A stretch of 64,000 nucleotides of DNA from Octopus bimaculoides (GCF_001194135.2 NC_069001.1:18913791-18977790); one strand, 5' to 3'; shown: positions 49,460 through 63,630, counted from the stretch's first letter. Numbers and translations are program-made. Notes: generated by a model from the letters alone, not told the origin.

Positions 49460-51375
49460 TTGTATGTATGTATGTATGTATGTATAAATGCAGTTTTTTA
49501 TGTTTTGTTTTACGTATGTATTCTCGTGTCTAAACATATTCATTTATATTTAAATGATAAACTTCTGGAAAGTTTTTCAAATTTTTATAGTTCCAGTGAT
49601 GGTATGGATCTGAAGTCTTCAAATCAGCTTTCTCCTTTCTGATTTTGAGATTTCAAGATTGGTACAGAGACGGTGTGTTACATATCCCAGTGCCCCAAAA
49701 CCTGTAGTCTGAGTAGAGTAACTATAGATTTCTCAATAGTTCAGCATAGATATTTTCTTTTGCACTGATCTTTAGCTTTATGTTAACATCTGCTGGGCAG
49801 CTGATTTCTACAATTGTACACAGTTTCTCTTCTCTATCTCAAATCATTATGTGAGGTTTTCACTGGAACATTCCACCAGTACTCCTTTTTATTATGAGTT
49901 GCTATGGCTTCTCCCATACTGTAGGTTCTTATATCTTTGTGCTCGAGGTTGTCCTTCTGACGGATTTCATTATATGTGTCTGTCTTTTCTGTATTTAATC
50001 ATTTAAATTCTTCCTCTGAAGAAGGAACTGCTTTCTAACAAAGATACAAAGCCCTATCTTTGGAATGTATATAATGGAAACAATGTCTCATTTGAAACCT
50101 GGAAAAATGTCTTGCATAATTTTACTGTTCCACTTACAGATTGTATTTGTAATATGCAAATCAGTTGGTTGATTTCTTTTTCTGAAAATCCAAGCTTATC
50201 CAGACTGACAGTTAGGCATTTACTTACAAAACCAAGTGTTCCAGTTATTGGTATAAATGTAAATTTGTAATCCAGATACAGAAGCTGGAGTTTTTGAAGC
50301 AGTTATCTTCTTTCTCTTTGATTTTCAAAGATATGTTCGCATCAGTAGGACAGCTGACCTCTATAACAGTACATACTTTTTTTTTTGTCTGACCCTAACT
50401 ACAATATCCGGCCTGTTATGTTTACATTTGACAGATGTTTTGATGGGGATGTTTCACCAGTATTCCTTGTGGTGGCATTTGTGTACATACTCTATAACAG
50501 GGGCATTCTCTATATTTATTCCAGGACAGTCTTTTTCTGAATGGCACTGTATATGTCACATCACATAGAGAGGTACCTTGATGACATTTTTGGGAAGCTG
50601 CATGTGTAATGTCTTCCACAGAAATATGACATAATTTACATTTAAGGTTGCATCTTGGAACTCCAAGAGCTTCATTGTTTCTTTTGTTGATGGGGCATTT
50701 GTAGCAATCTCCTGTTCTTGGATTGCAAATGCATAGCCTTTCAAGTGTCATGTGATGTAGTGGTCACAAATCAAAGAGAGGCTTTGCTTCATGTCAATGT
50801 TTCTAACTTCTTCAAGTCCACAAGAAACATACCCATGTATGGTCCTTTTTTGGTATGCTGAGCATTTCACTTCCAAGTCTTCTTTGAGGTATGCTAGTCT
50901 GGCTGATTTGGGGTTGTATAGGAGGTCATCAGTAAGAGAGTATTTCCTGAGGAACTCACTTCCAACATATAGGATATTGTTTTCTTCACTTTTCAGTCAG
51001 CACTAAATTGATGTATTCATTTTTGCTGCTGTTGTTTAGCAAGTGATGTCTGAGAGAGACTATGCAGCATTTGTACTAATCTCAAGCCTTTATCTCCTTT
51101 ATCTCTTCTTAGATTGGGCCTGTTGATATCACTATTTTTCTGGAGATCTCCAGTCCGTGTTAGGATCTTGCAGGTTTTGATGTCTGTGGAGTGGGTTTCT
51201 TCTACAGACCAGTCAAGTATCCCAAATGTTGGAACCAGCACTGGTACTACAAATGCATTGTGGGATATTGTCTTGTAAGAGAAGAGTTCAGACTTCCATA
51301 TTCTTAGTCATTCTATCTTTTTTCACAGTACCTTGGTATGATATATTTTCATCAATGCCAAGGTGCTTGTTTGTA
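49460..51375 (-). mobile_element. RLE-type LINE, second family, (CATA)n tail, copy A
   Basis: Minus-strand KP(H)IMI.DREEKLCTIVEISCPADVNI (RLE), CKLCHISVEDITH..S.C (CCHC) and FAIQEQEIAT. The 3' end matches 52410-52540. Confidence 0.8.
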
Positions 51376-51386
51376 TGTTTGTATGT

Positions 51387-52406
51387 ACAGTGGGGTACCT
51401 AAAAGTAACCAGAAATGTTCTCTGTGGGACAAGCCCATTGTAGTTCAGGCTTCCACTGCTAGAAGCCACTTGATGCAACCCTCAAGCGTCTGTCTGCTGA
51501 CCTGCAGCATCCTGTAGAAGTTATACTGCTACATGGTGTGTCTTTGCTTTGCAGTGCTTCTCCCCTGTTGTTTGTTGATTTTTGTGATGGCTGAAACAAA
51601 GGGACAATGTGCTTCCATGAAATTCTGTTTTCTGCTGGGGAAAACAGTGGCTGAAACAGTTGTCATGCTTCAAAAAGCTTACAAGGTCACTGCCATGAGC
51701 AAAACACAAGTTTACGAATGGTTTTCATGCTTTAGGAATGGTAACCTGTCGCTTGAAGACCAATCTTGTTCAAGCCAACTGTCAACCTCCTGAGTGAATG
51801 AAAACACCATGAAAATTCATGAACTGATCTTGGAGGACCATTGTTGAACAATTGATGAACTTGTTGATATGACTGATATGTTCTGGAGCTCCTGCCCACA
51901 AATTTTGAGCAAGGAATTGCGAATGAAGAATAGCAGCAAAATTTGTGCTTCATTTGAGCAAGGAAGTGTGAGACAATTTTTGACCCAAAATGGCATGACC
52001 CCCACTTATTCACCCTCTTATTCACNNNNNNNNNNNNNNNNNNNNNNNNNNNNNNNNNNNNNNNNNNNNNNNNNNNNNNNNNNNNNNNNNNNNNNNNNNN
52101 NNNNNNNNNNNNNNNNNNNNNNNNNNNNNNNNNNNNNNNNNNNNNNNNNNNNNNNNNNNNNNNNNNNNNNNNNNNNNNNNNNNNNNNNNNNNNNNNNNNN
52201 NNNNNNNNNNNNNNNNNNNNNNNNTTAAAAGTCTTCACTTTGCAAGGGTTCCAAGACTGCTTCAAACAGTGGAAAACACATCTGGACTGATGCATTGCTT
52301 CAAATGGAGAATACTTTGAAGGCAATAAAAGTGTAAACATGTAAATCTAAGTGAACTAAATAATATTGCAAAATTTCGGTTTCTTTTGGGTACTCCCCCC
52401 CCCCCA
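51387..52406 (+). mobile_element. Mariner element, internally deleted, with a gap
   Basis: TA-flanked ends GGGGTACC(T/C)AAAAG. MKFCFLLGKTVAETVVMLQKAY...QVYEWFSCF N-terminus and CIASNGEYFEG C-terminus. Confidence 0.85.
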
Positions 52407-52409
52407 TAT

Positions 52410-54265
52410 GTATGTTTTTTTGTTTTATGTATGTATGTATTCTCATGCATATAGCTGCATGTCTAGACATGCTCATATATACTTAAATGATAAACTTCTG
52501 GAAAGTTTTACAGATTTTTTATAGTTCCAGTGATGGCATGCATTTGGTACTTAGGCAGTGTTACTGCCCCAATAATTACAGGTATGACCCTGAACTTGTA
52601 ATCTGTATAGAGTAACTGTAGATTTCTCAATAGTTCAGCATAGCTATTTTCTTTTTTAACTGATCTTCAGCTTTATGTTAACATCAGCTGGGCAGCTGAT
52701 TCCATAACTGTACACAGTTTCTCTTCTCTATCCCAAATCATTATGTCAGGTCTGTTATGTTTACATTTTATTGATGTTTTCATGGGACATTCTACCAGCA
52801 CTCCCTATTATTATGAATGGCTATGGTTTCTACCATACTATGGGTTCTTATTTCTTTGGCTTTAGGGTTAACCTTCCAATGGATCTCATTATACAGTGTC
52901 CTAGCCAGAACATCATGTCTCATCGGTAGATAATACCATGATGAAATTTTGGGACAGCTGCTTATGTTGAGGGTGATATTTTCAGTGTTAACTCCACAAT
53001 GTCTGCATCAGTTGCCACGTTTTGCTGCTTTTCCTGCGTATCTGTCCCTTTTGTACATCAGGTATTTGGTTGATATTTCCTGTTCCTGAATTGCAAACTC
53101 ATACTGTTCAAAGTGGGAAGTTGATCCATGGTAGACTGCTTTGATGATCAATGTTACAATCATCTCAGAGCTCTCTATCCATATATGGTCTTCTGCTGAT
53201 ATATGCTCATCCTTTCATCTGGTGATACATTGCAGTAGAGTTGTGCGACTTCTTTGGGCATGTATTTAAGGTTATCAGACAAGGAATGCTGCTCAAGGAC
53301 CTGCTTTCCAACTCCCATGATGTTATCAGTTCCATGTATGCAAACTTGGTCAAGGGATGCATTTCAATACTTGGTGGTTAAAAGATGCTGCAGAAGGGAT
53401 ACAATATGACATTCAAAGGCAGTCTGGGTTGATATTAAGCCTCTGCCCCTTTGTTTTCATTTTAGGTAGAGACAGTCTATGTCACTGTTGACGTGGAAAT
53501 TATGTGTATTGATCAGTATCTTCTGAGTTTTCATGTTAATGGCTTGGATCTCATCAAGCATACAATCAAGTAACCCAAATGTTAGTATGAGTACTGGCAC
53601 TGCAAACACACTGTGGGCTACTGCTTTATTGAATACAGAAAGTTCTGAGGTTCATATTTTCTTTAATCGGTTGTAATATTTTTTAGTAACACGTGTCTTG
53701 TTATAGGTGCCATCAGAAGATATGTTTTTATCCACCCTAAGGTATTTGTAACATTCGTCAGATATAGGAGAAACAGTTCAGTTTTTGATGAAGATGTTGC
53801 TAGTCTGGTTTACAGTTTTTCCTCTTTTCACAACCATATAACAATATCTATCCTGACCAAACTCTAACCCTGTATCCTTTGAGAATGTTGTAACTAGGTC
53901 AAGGCTCTTTTCATCTTGTGCATATTCTTTGCATACAGTTTCAAGTCCTCCACAAAGAAGCAGTGTGTGAGTATGGTATTTCTATTTCCTTTTGAACCAG
54001 CGAGATATCCTTCAGACTTCCTTAACATGAATGACAAGGGGTTTACAGAAAGTATAAACAACATTGCAGAGAGGCTGTCCTCTTGAAATATATTTCTATA
54101 ATACCACTTCTATCTCCTTCTTCACTTTTTCTTGGTGAGACATTTAGTGATTTGCTTGTTTGCACACAATAAACATCATCACATGGCTGATGGTCTTCTG
54201 TAAATCAGCCATCTCTTTCTCTGTCTTCAAACCCCATGGTGGCACTTTCTTCATTGTTTCAGTTT
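52410..54265 (-). mobile_element. RLE-type LINE, second family, copy B including RT motifs
   Basis: IFQEDSLSAMLFILSVNPLSF and HCFFVEDLKLYAK (FVDD-type motif C), an RLE region homologous to copy A, and a (TATG)n end. Confidence 0.8.
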
Positions 54266-54294
54266 GTTTACTTTTTGAATGTTGGTTCCCAGAC

Positions 54295-54870
54295 TAGTTA
54301 TGTTCAATACAAAATAACTTATTTACCTAAGTTTTAACATTATCTCCTTCAAAATAGTCACACGGCAATACACTGGTCTGAGCGTCCCAACCACTTTTGG
54401 TATCCAGTCTGGAAGACGTTTTCCATAAGTGAGTTGAGGACCTTCTGCGATTCATTCTGGATCTCGACAACAGTGCTAAAATGGCTACCTCTGAGCTGCC
54501 TTTTCTTCTTGAGGAAGAGATGGAAGTCCACAGATGCTAAATCTGGTGAATAGGGTGGGTGCAGAAGTGATACCATGTTTTTGGTGAAAAACTCATGAGT
54601 GAGGAAAGCTCAGTGACAGGATGCATTGGTGCTGTAAAGAATCCAATTCTTCGTGCTCCACAGGATTGGTCACTTTTGTCAAATGTCTACTCTCAAATGC
54701 TCGAAAATATCACAGTAGAACTGTCAATTGACAGTTTGGCCTTGGGTGATAAATTCTCAATGCACAATACTGTGGATATTGAAACAAAAAAAGCAATGAG
54801 CATGCTCTTGATTGAGCTATGGCTCTGTTGTGACTTCTTCAGAAGTACTCTTCCATTGTGATGACTGCGT
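54295..54870 (-). mobile_element. Internally deleted mariner fragment
   Basis: HPPYSPDLASVDFHLFLK...LRG.HF..V.EIQ C-terminal motif, and upstream K(S)MLIAFF. Confidence 0.8.
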
Positions 54871-55569
54871 ATGATGTAGCTGTCATATAAATGTTTCTCC
54901 CCCACCCCACTCTCTCTTATCTACCAAATAATGAGGTACCTTCTGTTGATAAATAAAATATTCCTGCTATTTAACAAAAAGTATCTAATTTGTATGGAAA
55001 TAATATAGGAAAGGAAGAAAATTGTTAGTCTTGTCAGGAATACTGTAACCTCTCAGGTGCCACAACAAAATGCACCCAATGCATTCTTTAAAATAGTTGG
55101 TGATAGAAAAAGCATCCCACTGTAGAAATCATGTTAAAAAATGGAACATGCAAGATGTGGTTCCCCACATCATGGACAAGGGAAGTAACTCTAGATAAGA
55201 ACTGACTTGGTCTGTGACAACCTGTTCAACTAACTAATAGGTTTCAGGTTTCATTCCATGTCTTTACATGCCACTATCTTATGAAAACAGTGATGTATTT
55301 ACATCCCTTGAAAGTAATACATTCTGTAGCTCTACACTTTCAAAGACCTGTAGAATAAAAAGTCACTGACTTAAAAAACAAGTAAGGGTTAGCAGCAGGA
55401 AGAGCATCCTTCCATTGAAGACTGCTTGGAATATGTCTTGGTCTAACTCATGCTAGCAATGGAAAAAAAGGATGCAGAATGAATATAGGAACAAACAAAC
55501 AAGAGAGAGAGAGAGAGAGAGAGCGGTATATATTGATGAATAAGCATGAAGATCTGTTTGGAAAGAGTG

Positions 55570-55607
<38 letters not shown>

Positions 55608-56429
55608 AGAGACAGTTAAGAAGTGGTGGAGAGAAATTTATAGAGATACAGATACAGAAAGATATTCACACAGATGTAGACATGCAAAGATATATGGTAT
55701 GTGTGTGTGTGGAGTCTGAGAGAGAGAGAGAGCTTTATTTCAATGTTACTTTACTTTTGAGATTATTTTCATGTTGAGCTATCTGCCAGTTTTGGCAATA
55801 TTTCTTGATATTAAGGTTTGTTGTTGTTGATAGTGATCTTATTCTTGTTATTTATTTTTTCATTTTCAATATGTTGTTATTGTTTCTGATATAAAATGTC
55901 AGATTATGTTCTATGACTTCAGATGTGTGTGTGTATGTGTGTATATACATATATATATGTATATATATANNNNNNNNNNNNNNNNNNNNNNNNNNNNNNN
56001 NNNNNNNNATATATATATATATATATATATATATATACTACCTTTTCATAAGAAGCCCCACATTATTCTCTTCTTCCATCCACCTAACTGGCAAACATGT
56101 CTACACACACGCATACATACATACATACATACATACATACATACATACTGACTAAACATGGACATATGCACACTCACTGACTTGTAAACATACACACACA
56201 ATGTACTCTCTTAGATAATCAAGCCCTCAGACACTCTCTCACTCACATAGCCTAACATATTCACTTAGCTACACATGTTAGTGTGTGTGTGAGAATGTAT
56301 GTGTATAGGTGTGTGTGCATGTTTTTTACATAGAATTGTAACCAGTCACCTATGCACACATATTACAACTTACATGCAGATAGACACACTGCTAATATCA
56401 TCATCATCATCATCATCATCATACATTTA

Positions 56430-56682
56430 TTTCCTCATACTTAGTAAGGTTCGCTAGGTCTTCTCCAGTACAGAGTGTCATAATTTATTACAATCCTTTG
56501 TCATCTCCTTCATGACATTTAGTTTCCTGAGATTAACCTTCACTGTTTCTTGCCATTGTCTACCTTGGTTTTCCACATCTTATACCAGTTCCTTCTACCT
56601 GAATCATGTGCTACTTCTTTACCAAACATCATATTTCTATACCAACTCAGTTGTCAGCACCTGATTCTTCTTGCACTCAGAC

Positions 56683-56732
<50 letters not shown>

Positions 56733-57790
56733 NNNNNNNNNNNNNNNNNNNNNNNNTCTCCCTCTCTCTCCCTCTCTCTCTCCCTCTCTCCCCTCCCCCC
56801 TCTCTCTCTGTGCTTATTTGGGTCTTGTTCATTTACATCAAGAGGAACATTCTTGCTTCCTTTCTCCCTAGTCTTTTCATGCTCTCCACATACAAGGGCC
56901 ATGTAATTTACCCTTCACTAAATACAACCAATGTCCTCTTTGGTGCCAGCAACTTTTACCCCCATTCTTACTTTAGCTACATTGGAGCTCTCTCTTCCAT
57001 ACCAGTAAATGCTAGTAATTGTGATTTGCTTTTTGTTTATTGTGTTTCATAACCAAAGGGACATCAGTGGGGCCTTATCCTAAAACAAACTTCAACTGAT
57101 TCCTATCTAATTTTCTTCCCAATTAGCTCATCTCTTATGATCACGTAGCAGTTGATGATATTACTACATTGATCATTGAGAATGACTGCTTGCTTTCTCT
57201 TTTCAACATGTAAGCATGTATTGCTGATGTTCCCCACCCTAATTTCCTTAATCACTCTTTCAACTAGCCAATCCCTTTGTGGGTCTACTTGAAGTGGTTA
57301 CTCTCGCTCTCTCAGCCATTCTCCCCACTCAACAACTTCTCATAATATTTCCATACCCCTCTTCCACCTCCTCTTTGGCATCAATGACAGCCACTGCCTT
57401 ACTGTCATTACTTAATCCCCAACAACACCTTCATTTCACCCTCACTACTTTACAATCCTCAACACCTCATGCCTCTCTGGTCTTTACAAATATTGGCAAA
57501 CTTCTTACTCTTTTCCTGATATTCCAGCTGTCCAACATTCTAGTTCTTTCAGCTACCACAATCCTATATTACTTAAGCTTTTATTGCTCTATCTACTTTA
57601 ACTCTTCCACTTTCAATTTTCCAAGAACCATTGTCCATCCACAGACCTAGTTTGTCGCTTACAACTGCTTATTTGATTGTCTTGTAGAAATGCTACTGTT
57701 TTCTCCTCCCACTCCTTATACACATCACCTCCTACCTGACCAGATCTTTCAGCTTCACAAACCTTTTCTCCAGATTGTTTTCAATCTAGT
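56430..57790 (-). mobile_element. Old RTE-like LINE fragments
   Basis: Degenerate minus-strand homology to the RTE ORF end (GRQWQETVKV.LRKL) and the DLWMDNGSWKIE-type segment. Boundaries are approximate. Confidence 0.45.
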
Positions 57791-58718
57791 TTTTAACATC
57801 ATAGCATCCTGTGCAGCCCCTACACCAGCACTATTTGTAAGTAGTGGGGATGGTGGAGATAATTATACAAAAGGCTTCTATACCATTTTCAATTACCAAA
57901 TTTCACTGACAAAACATTGTTCAATATGAAGTTCTGATAAAAGAGTCCTGCCTAACATGCCACACCATGGGATCAAACCCAGAACCACATGGTCGGAAAG
58001 CAAACTTCTTTACCATACAGCCCATAGCCTTGTCTGTTCCTCCATTAAAACTATGTAATGAATCAATGTCATTTTAGTAGAGTTTCCTGTCTGTGGAATA
58101 TGGTATATGGCTGCTTGTTGGCAGAGCTTGAAAATGAGAGGGGGTGATCTTGGCAATGACTGGTGGTGATGTGATGATGGTAACAGTGGTGATTGTGGAA
58201 ATGATGGTGAACATGGCAATGACAGTAGTTGTTGGGGAATGTGTTGGATGTAGTATGGTGGTGAGGGAAGATGTGAAAGAATGATGATAATAGTTGTGAT
58301 GGTAATAGTCTCTCTTTATCTCTATTACTTTCTCTTTTTGTCTCTCTCTCTCTCTCTTTATCTCTCTTCTTTCTCCCTCTCTTAAACACATCAACACTAC
58401 TACCATAACACCATTGCATACAATCACCATAACTATACTTTTATGTGGTTCCTCTTCTTCCTAAAATAGCATCCAAACCAGCCTGCAATTGGATCATGAG
58501 CTGACCTCTGCTCTCTTACTGAACAATAGCTCACTATCAGGGGGCTCCTACTAGAGCCATTGAGCACTCTATAGTAAGGTGTTATATTAGTTGGGTCACA
58601 TCACTGAAGACTGGGTTTTCTGGATTCCCTGATGTCGTTCCTGACAATTATGTCTATTAATTTCTATTCTACTACACCCCACCTAGAGCTTGCTTTAAAT
58701 AAGGTTAGGTCTTAGATC

Positions 58719-59173
58719 AGTGATTCTCAACCAGGATACATATGACCCCTGGGGATCCATTTTGGGTAGGGTCCATGATAGCAAAATAGTAAATTGGGAA
58801 TCCACAGCAGTATTTTAAGTGTCCACATAAATTTCTGATTTAAATGTATCTACTGCAAGAAACAGCCACATTTTATTGGTCTGTCTACTTTAACTCCTCC
58901 ACTTTCAATCTTCCAAGAACCATTGTCCATCCACAGATCTGGTCTGTCACTTACAACTGCTTCTTTGATTGTCTTGTAGAAATTCCCTGTTGTCCTAGAT
59001 GCCACTGTTTTCTCCTCCCCCTCCTTATACAACTTGTGTGAATCACAAAATAGGAATTTTGAAAGCAGCATCTATAAAACTATTTTTTAAACATCGAATT
59101 GGTTATGGGGGTCCACCAGAATAAAATAGTAATGAAAGGGGTTCATAGATAGAAAATGGTTGAGAACCATTAT
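58719..59173 (+). mobile_element. hAT MITE (third copy) carrying a captured fragment of about 160 bp
   Basis: CAGTGATTCTCAACC...GGTTGAGAACCATTA. Internal 58872-59031 is not MITE sequence and matches 57579-57722. Confidence 0.75.
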
Positions 59174-59570
59174 CTAGATAGAAGGGCCAAGGATTTAGAA
59201 TAAAAAGATGACATTGCAAATTGGAGGTGGTGGTACTCTCTCTTGCTTGCTTTCCTTTCCTCTCTTTCTCTCACATCATTTCCAAACTCTCTGCACCACC
59301 ACCAACAACAGCACCATTAGTTGTTATAGTTCATTACTTCATAAACTCGTTCTATGTTGGAAATCAATATGACCTCTTGGTCAGATCATACCACTGGCTC
59401 CTGGCCAACATCAGCCATTGGTCATCTTGTCTGATACCAGCTCCTCCACAAACCATATTCAATGATCAGTTTTGTGTGTGTGTGTGTGTGTGTGATTCTG
59501 TTAGTGTTTGGTCTGGTAACCATTGCTTTGTTGTTCTCTTCAACTTCGCTCTGCCATCATCATAATCACT

Positions 59571-59602
<32 letters not shown>

Positions 59603-60196
59603 CATCACTATCCTTACAATCTCTTCCTTCCCCTCATCCTCTCCTCTTCCTTTCTTCTTCATGATAATGATCATCATCATCATCATCACTGTGTTGTTTT
59701 TGTTGTCCTACAAATTCACTAATATTGCTTTTCTAGTTAAAGTTGTTAGAATGGTTTCATCAGGAATTAGCTTGAGATTTGTAGGGGAGAACCTGGCCAT
59801 TAAGACAGTGCCTCTGGCAAGTTTGAGAGAGGAGCGTATGTATGTATGTATCTATCTATCTATCATCTGTCTGTCTGTCTCTTTGTCTATCTGTCTGCCT
59901 GTAGATAGATAAATAGATAGATAGATAAGCAAGCATCAGCATTATCAGCATTGTTTAATGCCCATTTTCCATGCTGGAAATGGCTCACCAGTTTGACAGG
60001 ATCTGATAAGCCACAGGGCTGTGTCACGCCCCATCATTAGTTTTGGCATGGTTTCTACAGGTGGATGTCTTTAGTAATGCCAACCATTGTAAAGAATGTA
60101 TTCCTTTTGTAAAGGTAGTAGTAATGCTATAGAGAACATCCATAAGTGGCAAGTAGCAGAACATATATATGTGTATATATATATATATATATTTAT

Positions 60197-62186
60197 GCCT
60201 TAGACAGAAATAATTACAGAGGTACCAAATTGTTGGATCAGGTGGTGAAAGTTACAGAGTGGGGAGTCATAGTCCAATTAATTAGGGAGAGAGTTAGTGT
60301 AGATGAGATGCAGTTTGGTTTTGTGCACAACTGATGCTATATTCCCGGTTAGATAACTGCAGGAGAAATATCTAGCCAAAAATAAACCCCTGTACCTGGC
60401 TTTTGTCAACATAGAGAAAGCCTTTGATAGGGTCCCCCACTCCCTTATCTGGAGGTCATTGCAGAAGCTGGGGATAGACGAGTGGTTGGTGAGAGCTGTA
60501 CAAGCCATGAAGCGAGATGCTGTCAGTAAGGTGAAGGTTAGCAGTGTGTATAGTGATGAATTTAGGGTATAAGTAGGGGTTCGCTAAGGATCATTTCTCA
60601 AACTCCTCTTGTTAATCATAGTCCTGCAGGCAATAACAGAGGGATTTAAGAGAAGCTGCTCCTGGAATCTCCTCTATGCTGATGTCCTTGTTCTTATAGC
60701 TGAATCACTACCAGAACCAGAGAAGAAATTTCAGACATAGAAGTAAGGTTTAGACTCAAAGGGCCTTAGAGTTAATTGAGCAAAAGCCAAAATCTTAGTA
60801 AGTAGCAGAGCAGACAAATCAGAAATCTCTTCAGATAGATGGCCCTGCTTGATCTGTAGAAAAAGCATAGGTAGAAACTCCATAAGATGTACCCGGTATA
60901 AGCTATGGACACATAAGAGGTGCAGCAACATGAGAAGAAGGTTAACAAGGAAAATAATTTTTGCATGTAGAAGGTGCACAGGTACAATTAACACTAAAAA
61001 TGTACAGAAAATAGACTCCATTAAATGCCAGTGGGGAAAACTAGTAGTCAATAACTTCTGTTACCTAAGTGACCAAAGTCAGTAGTGCAGGTGGATACTC
61101 CAAGAACATAGCAGCTAGAATACGAATAGGCTGGGCAAAGTTCAGAGAACTCCTACCTCTGCTAGTAACAAAGGGACTCTCTCTCAGAGTGAAAGGCAGA
61201 CTGTATGATGCCTGTGTGCGAACAGCCATGCTAAACGGCAGTGAAACATGGGCTGTGACTGCCAAGGACATGCATAGGCTTGTAAGAAATGAAGGTAGTA
61301 TGCTTCGTGGATGTGTAATGTCAGTGGACATGCACGACACAGTGTAAGCATCTTAAGAGTAAAATTGGTTATAAGAGGCATCAAATGTAGTGTGCAAGAG
61401 AGATGATTGCGCTGGTGTGGTCATGTGATGTGTATGGACAAGGACAGCTATGTGAAGAAATGCCAATCTCTAAGGGTGGAGGGTACCTGTGAAAGAGGTA
61501 GACCCAAGAAGACCTGGTACCAGGTGGTGAAGCATGATGTTCCAGTGTTGGGCCTCATGGAGGCAATGACAAGTGACTGAGATCATAGTTGTGGCTGATG
61601 TCAGTGTCACACAACTGGTACATAAAAAGCACCTTTCAAATGTTGGGCGATATGCTGTGCTTGAGAAGACCTGTCAAGCCAACTACATGTGGCCAATGCC
61701 AGTGCTATCTGACAAGCACCCATGCTGGTGGCCAAGTGAAATCATAGTCATGGCTGATGCTGGTGTCACATAACTGGCACCCATGCCGGTGGCATGTAAA
61801 AAGTACCTTTCAAGCATTGGGCCTCACTGAGGCAAAGTGGCTGATCTAGTGGCACATGAAAAGCTCCTTTTGAGTGTTGGGCCTCACAGGGGCAATGACA
61901 AATGACCGAGACCTTTGGCATTATGTTGTGTTTGAGAAGAAGACCTATCAAGCCAAATAAAATCGCAGTCATGGGAAATACTGGTGTCACACAAATGGCA
62001 CCTGTGTCGGTAGCATGTAAAAGCATCCATTACACTCTCAGAGTGGTTGGTGTTAGGAAGGGCATCCAGCCATAGAAGCCATGCCAAATCAGACTGGCAT
62101 CTGGTGCAGCCTTCCAGCTTGCCAGCCCTCGTCAAACCATCCAACCCATACCAGCATGGACAACAGACATTAAATTATGATGATGT
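60197..62186 (+). mobile_element. 5'-truncated RTE-type LINE
   Basis: NNYRGTKLL, EMQFGF, AFVNIEKAFDRVP, LLYADVL, AARIRIGWAKFRELLPLL..GSETW and a (GAT)n tail. Confidence 0.9.
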
Positions 62187-62204
62187 TAATGTATATATAT
62201 TATA

Positions 62205-63630
62205 TATCATCATCATTTAACATCTGCTTTCTATGCTGGTACAGCTTGACAGGAGCTGGCTAGGCAGAAGACTGCACCAGGTTTCAGTGTCTGTTTTGGA
62301 AGGTTTTTAAGGCTGGATGCCCTTCCTAACATCAACCACCCTGCAGAGTGGACTGAGTGCTTTTTACATGTCAATTTTGGCATGGTTTTTACAGGTGGAT
62401 GCTTTTTACATGGCACCAGCACTGGCAGGGTCACTGAGTAACTTGCTAGACAAAGATCCTTTGAGAGGGGAAGGGGAATTGGAGGAGGTGATCTTGTGAC
62501 AGAGAGACAAAAACAGATGTCTTGCTGTAGAGGAGATACATGGTTACCAGGTCAAAGACAGAAAGAAAGATCAAGATTGAGGCCAGAAACAGGTGTGTTG
62601 CTGTAGAGGAGATACGTGGTTAGCCAGTCAGAGAGACAAAGCAAGAGAAAGAAAGAGGGTGGAAGAGAACGAGAGTGCAGGAAAGAGGAGGAGAGAGGTG
62701 ATGGTGAAATGCCAGGGTATACTCACAAGGAACAGGGATCAGAATATAAATGGGATGGTAGTGTAGAGCAAGGGAGGGGTGGATGGTGGAAAAGTGCCAG
62801 GGCATAGCCTCAAGGTACAGGGGTCAGAATATAAATGGTAGGTTATTGCTAAAGGTGCATGAGTAAGGAGTAGAGATTTCACATGAATGCAAAGAGTGTG
62901 GGGCGGAGTAATGTAGTGACTGGTAAAATCTGTGTACATAGAAGGGGTGGAGGACAACAGGATAGCAATGATGCAGTGGGCAGGATTGGGGAGCATGAAA
63001 CAAGCATAATGCATGAAAAGAGGAAATGTGAGGAAGAGAAGAGGTATAGTTTGGTTAATTAGGGAAGGGTTTAGAAAAGTTTTTTTTTTTGTTGTTACAT
63101 GTGGGTGGGACCCACAGTGCTTCTAGAACTCAGTTTCGCTGAAGTGAGTGAGTTGTCTCAAGAATTTCATATCGCCAGACGTCTTGTTTCATTTTCATCT
63201 CCTCCATGAGGTCCAACATCCTGAGATTGGTCCTCACCACTTCATTCCATGTCTTCCTGTGTCTCCCTCTTCCACAGGTGCCATCCATTCTCAGTGATTG
63301 GCACTTCTTCATTCATATGCATCACGTGTCCAAACCAACATAGTCTTCTCTGATTCCTCTTATGCCCAATGTTTCTCTCAAAACATTTGCACAAAGTGTC
63401 ATTCATGCACACTGATGTTGCACATCCAACAGAGCATACTACCTTTGTTCCTCTCTGTCCTGGGCATATCTTCTGCATTCAGAGGCCAAGTCTCACTATC
63501 ATGGAGTATAGCTGTCTGTACACAAGCATCATACAATCTACCTTTCACTCTGAGAGAGAGTCTTTTCCTTGCCAACAGAGGTAATAGCTCTCTGACTACC
63601 TCCATCTAGGTAACAGAAACTATCTACAAC
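62205..63630 (-). mobile_element. RTE-type LINE 3' part, tail-to-tail with the previous copy
   Basis: RELLPLLARKRLSLRVKGRLYDACV..SETW, CGRGRHRKTWNEVV, a different purine-rich 3' UTR and the same terminal module. Confidence 0.8.
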
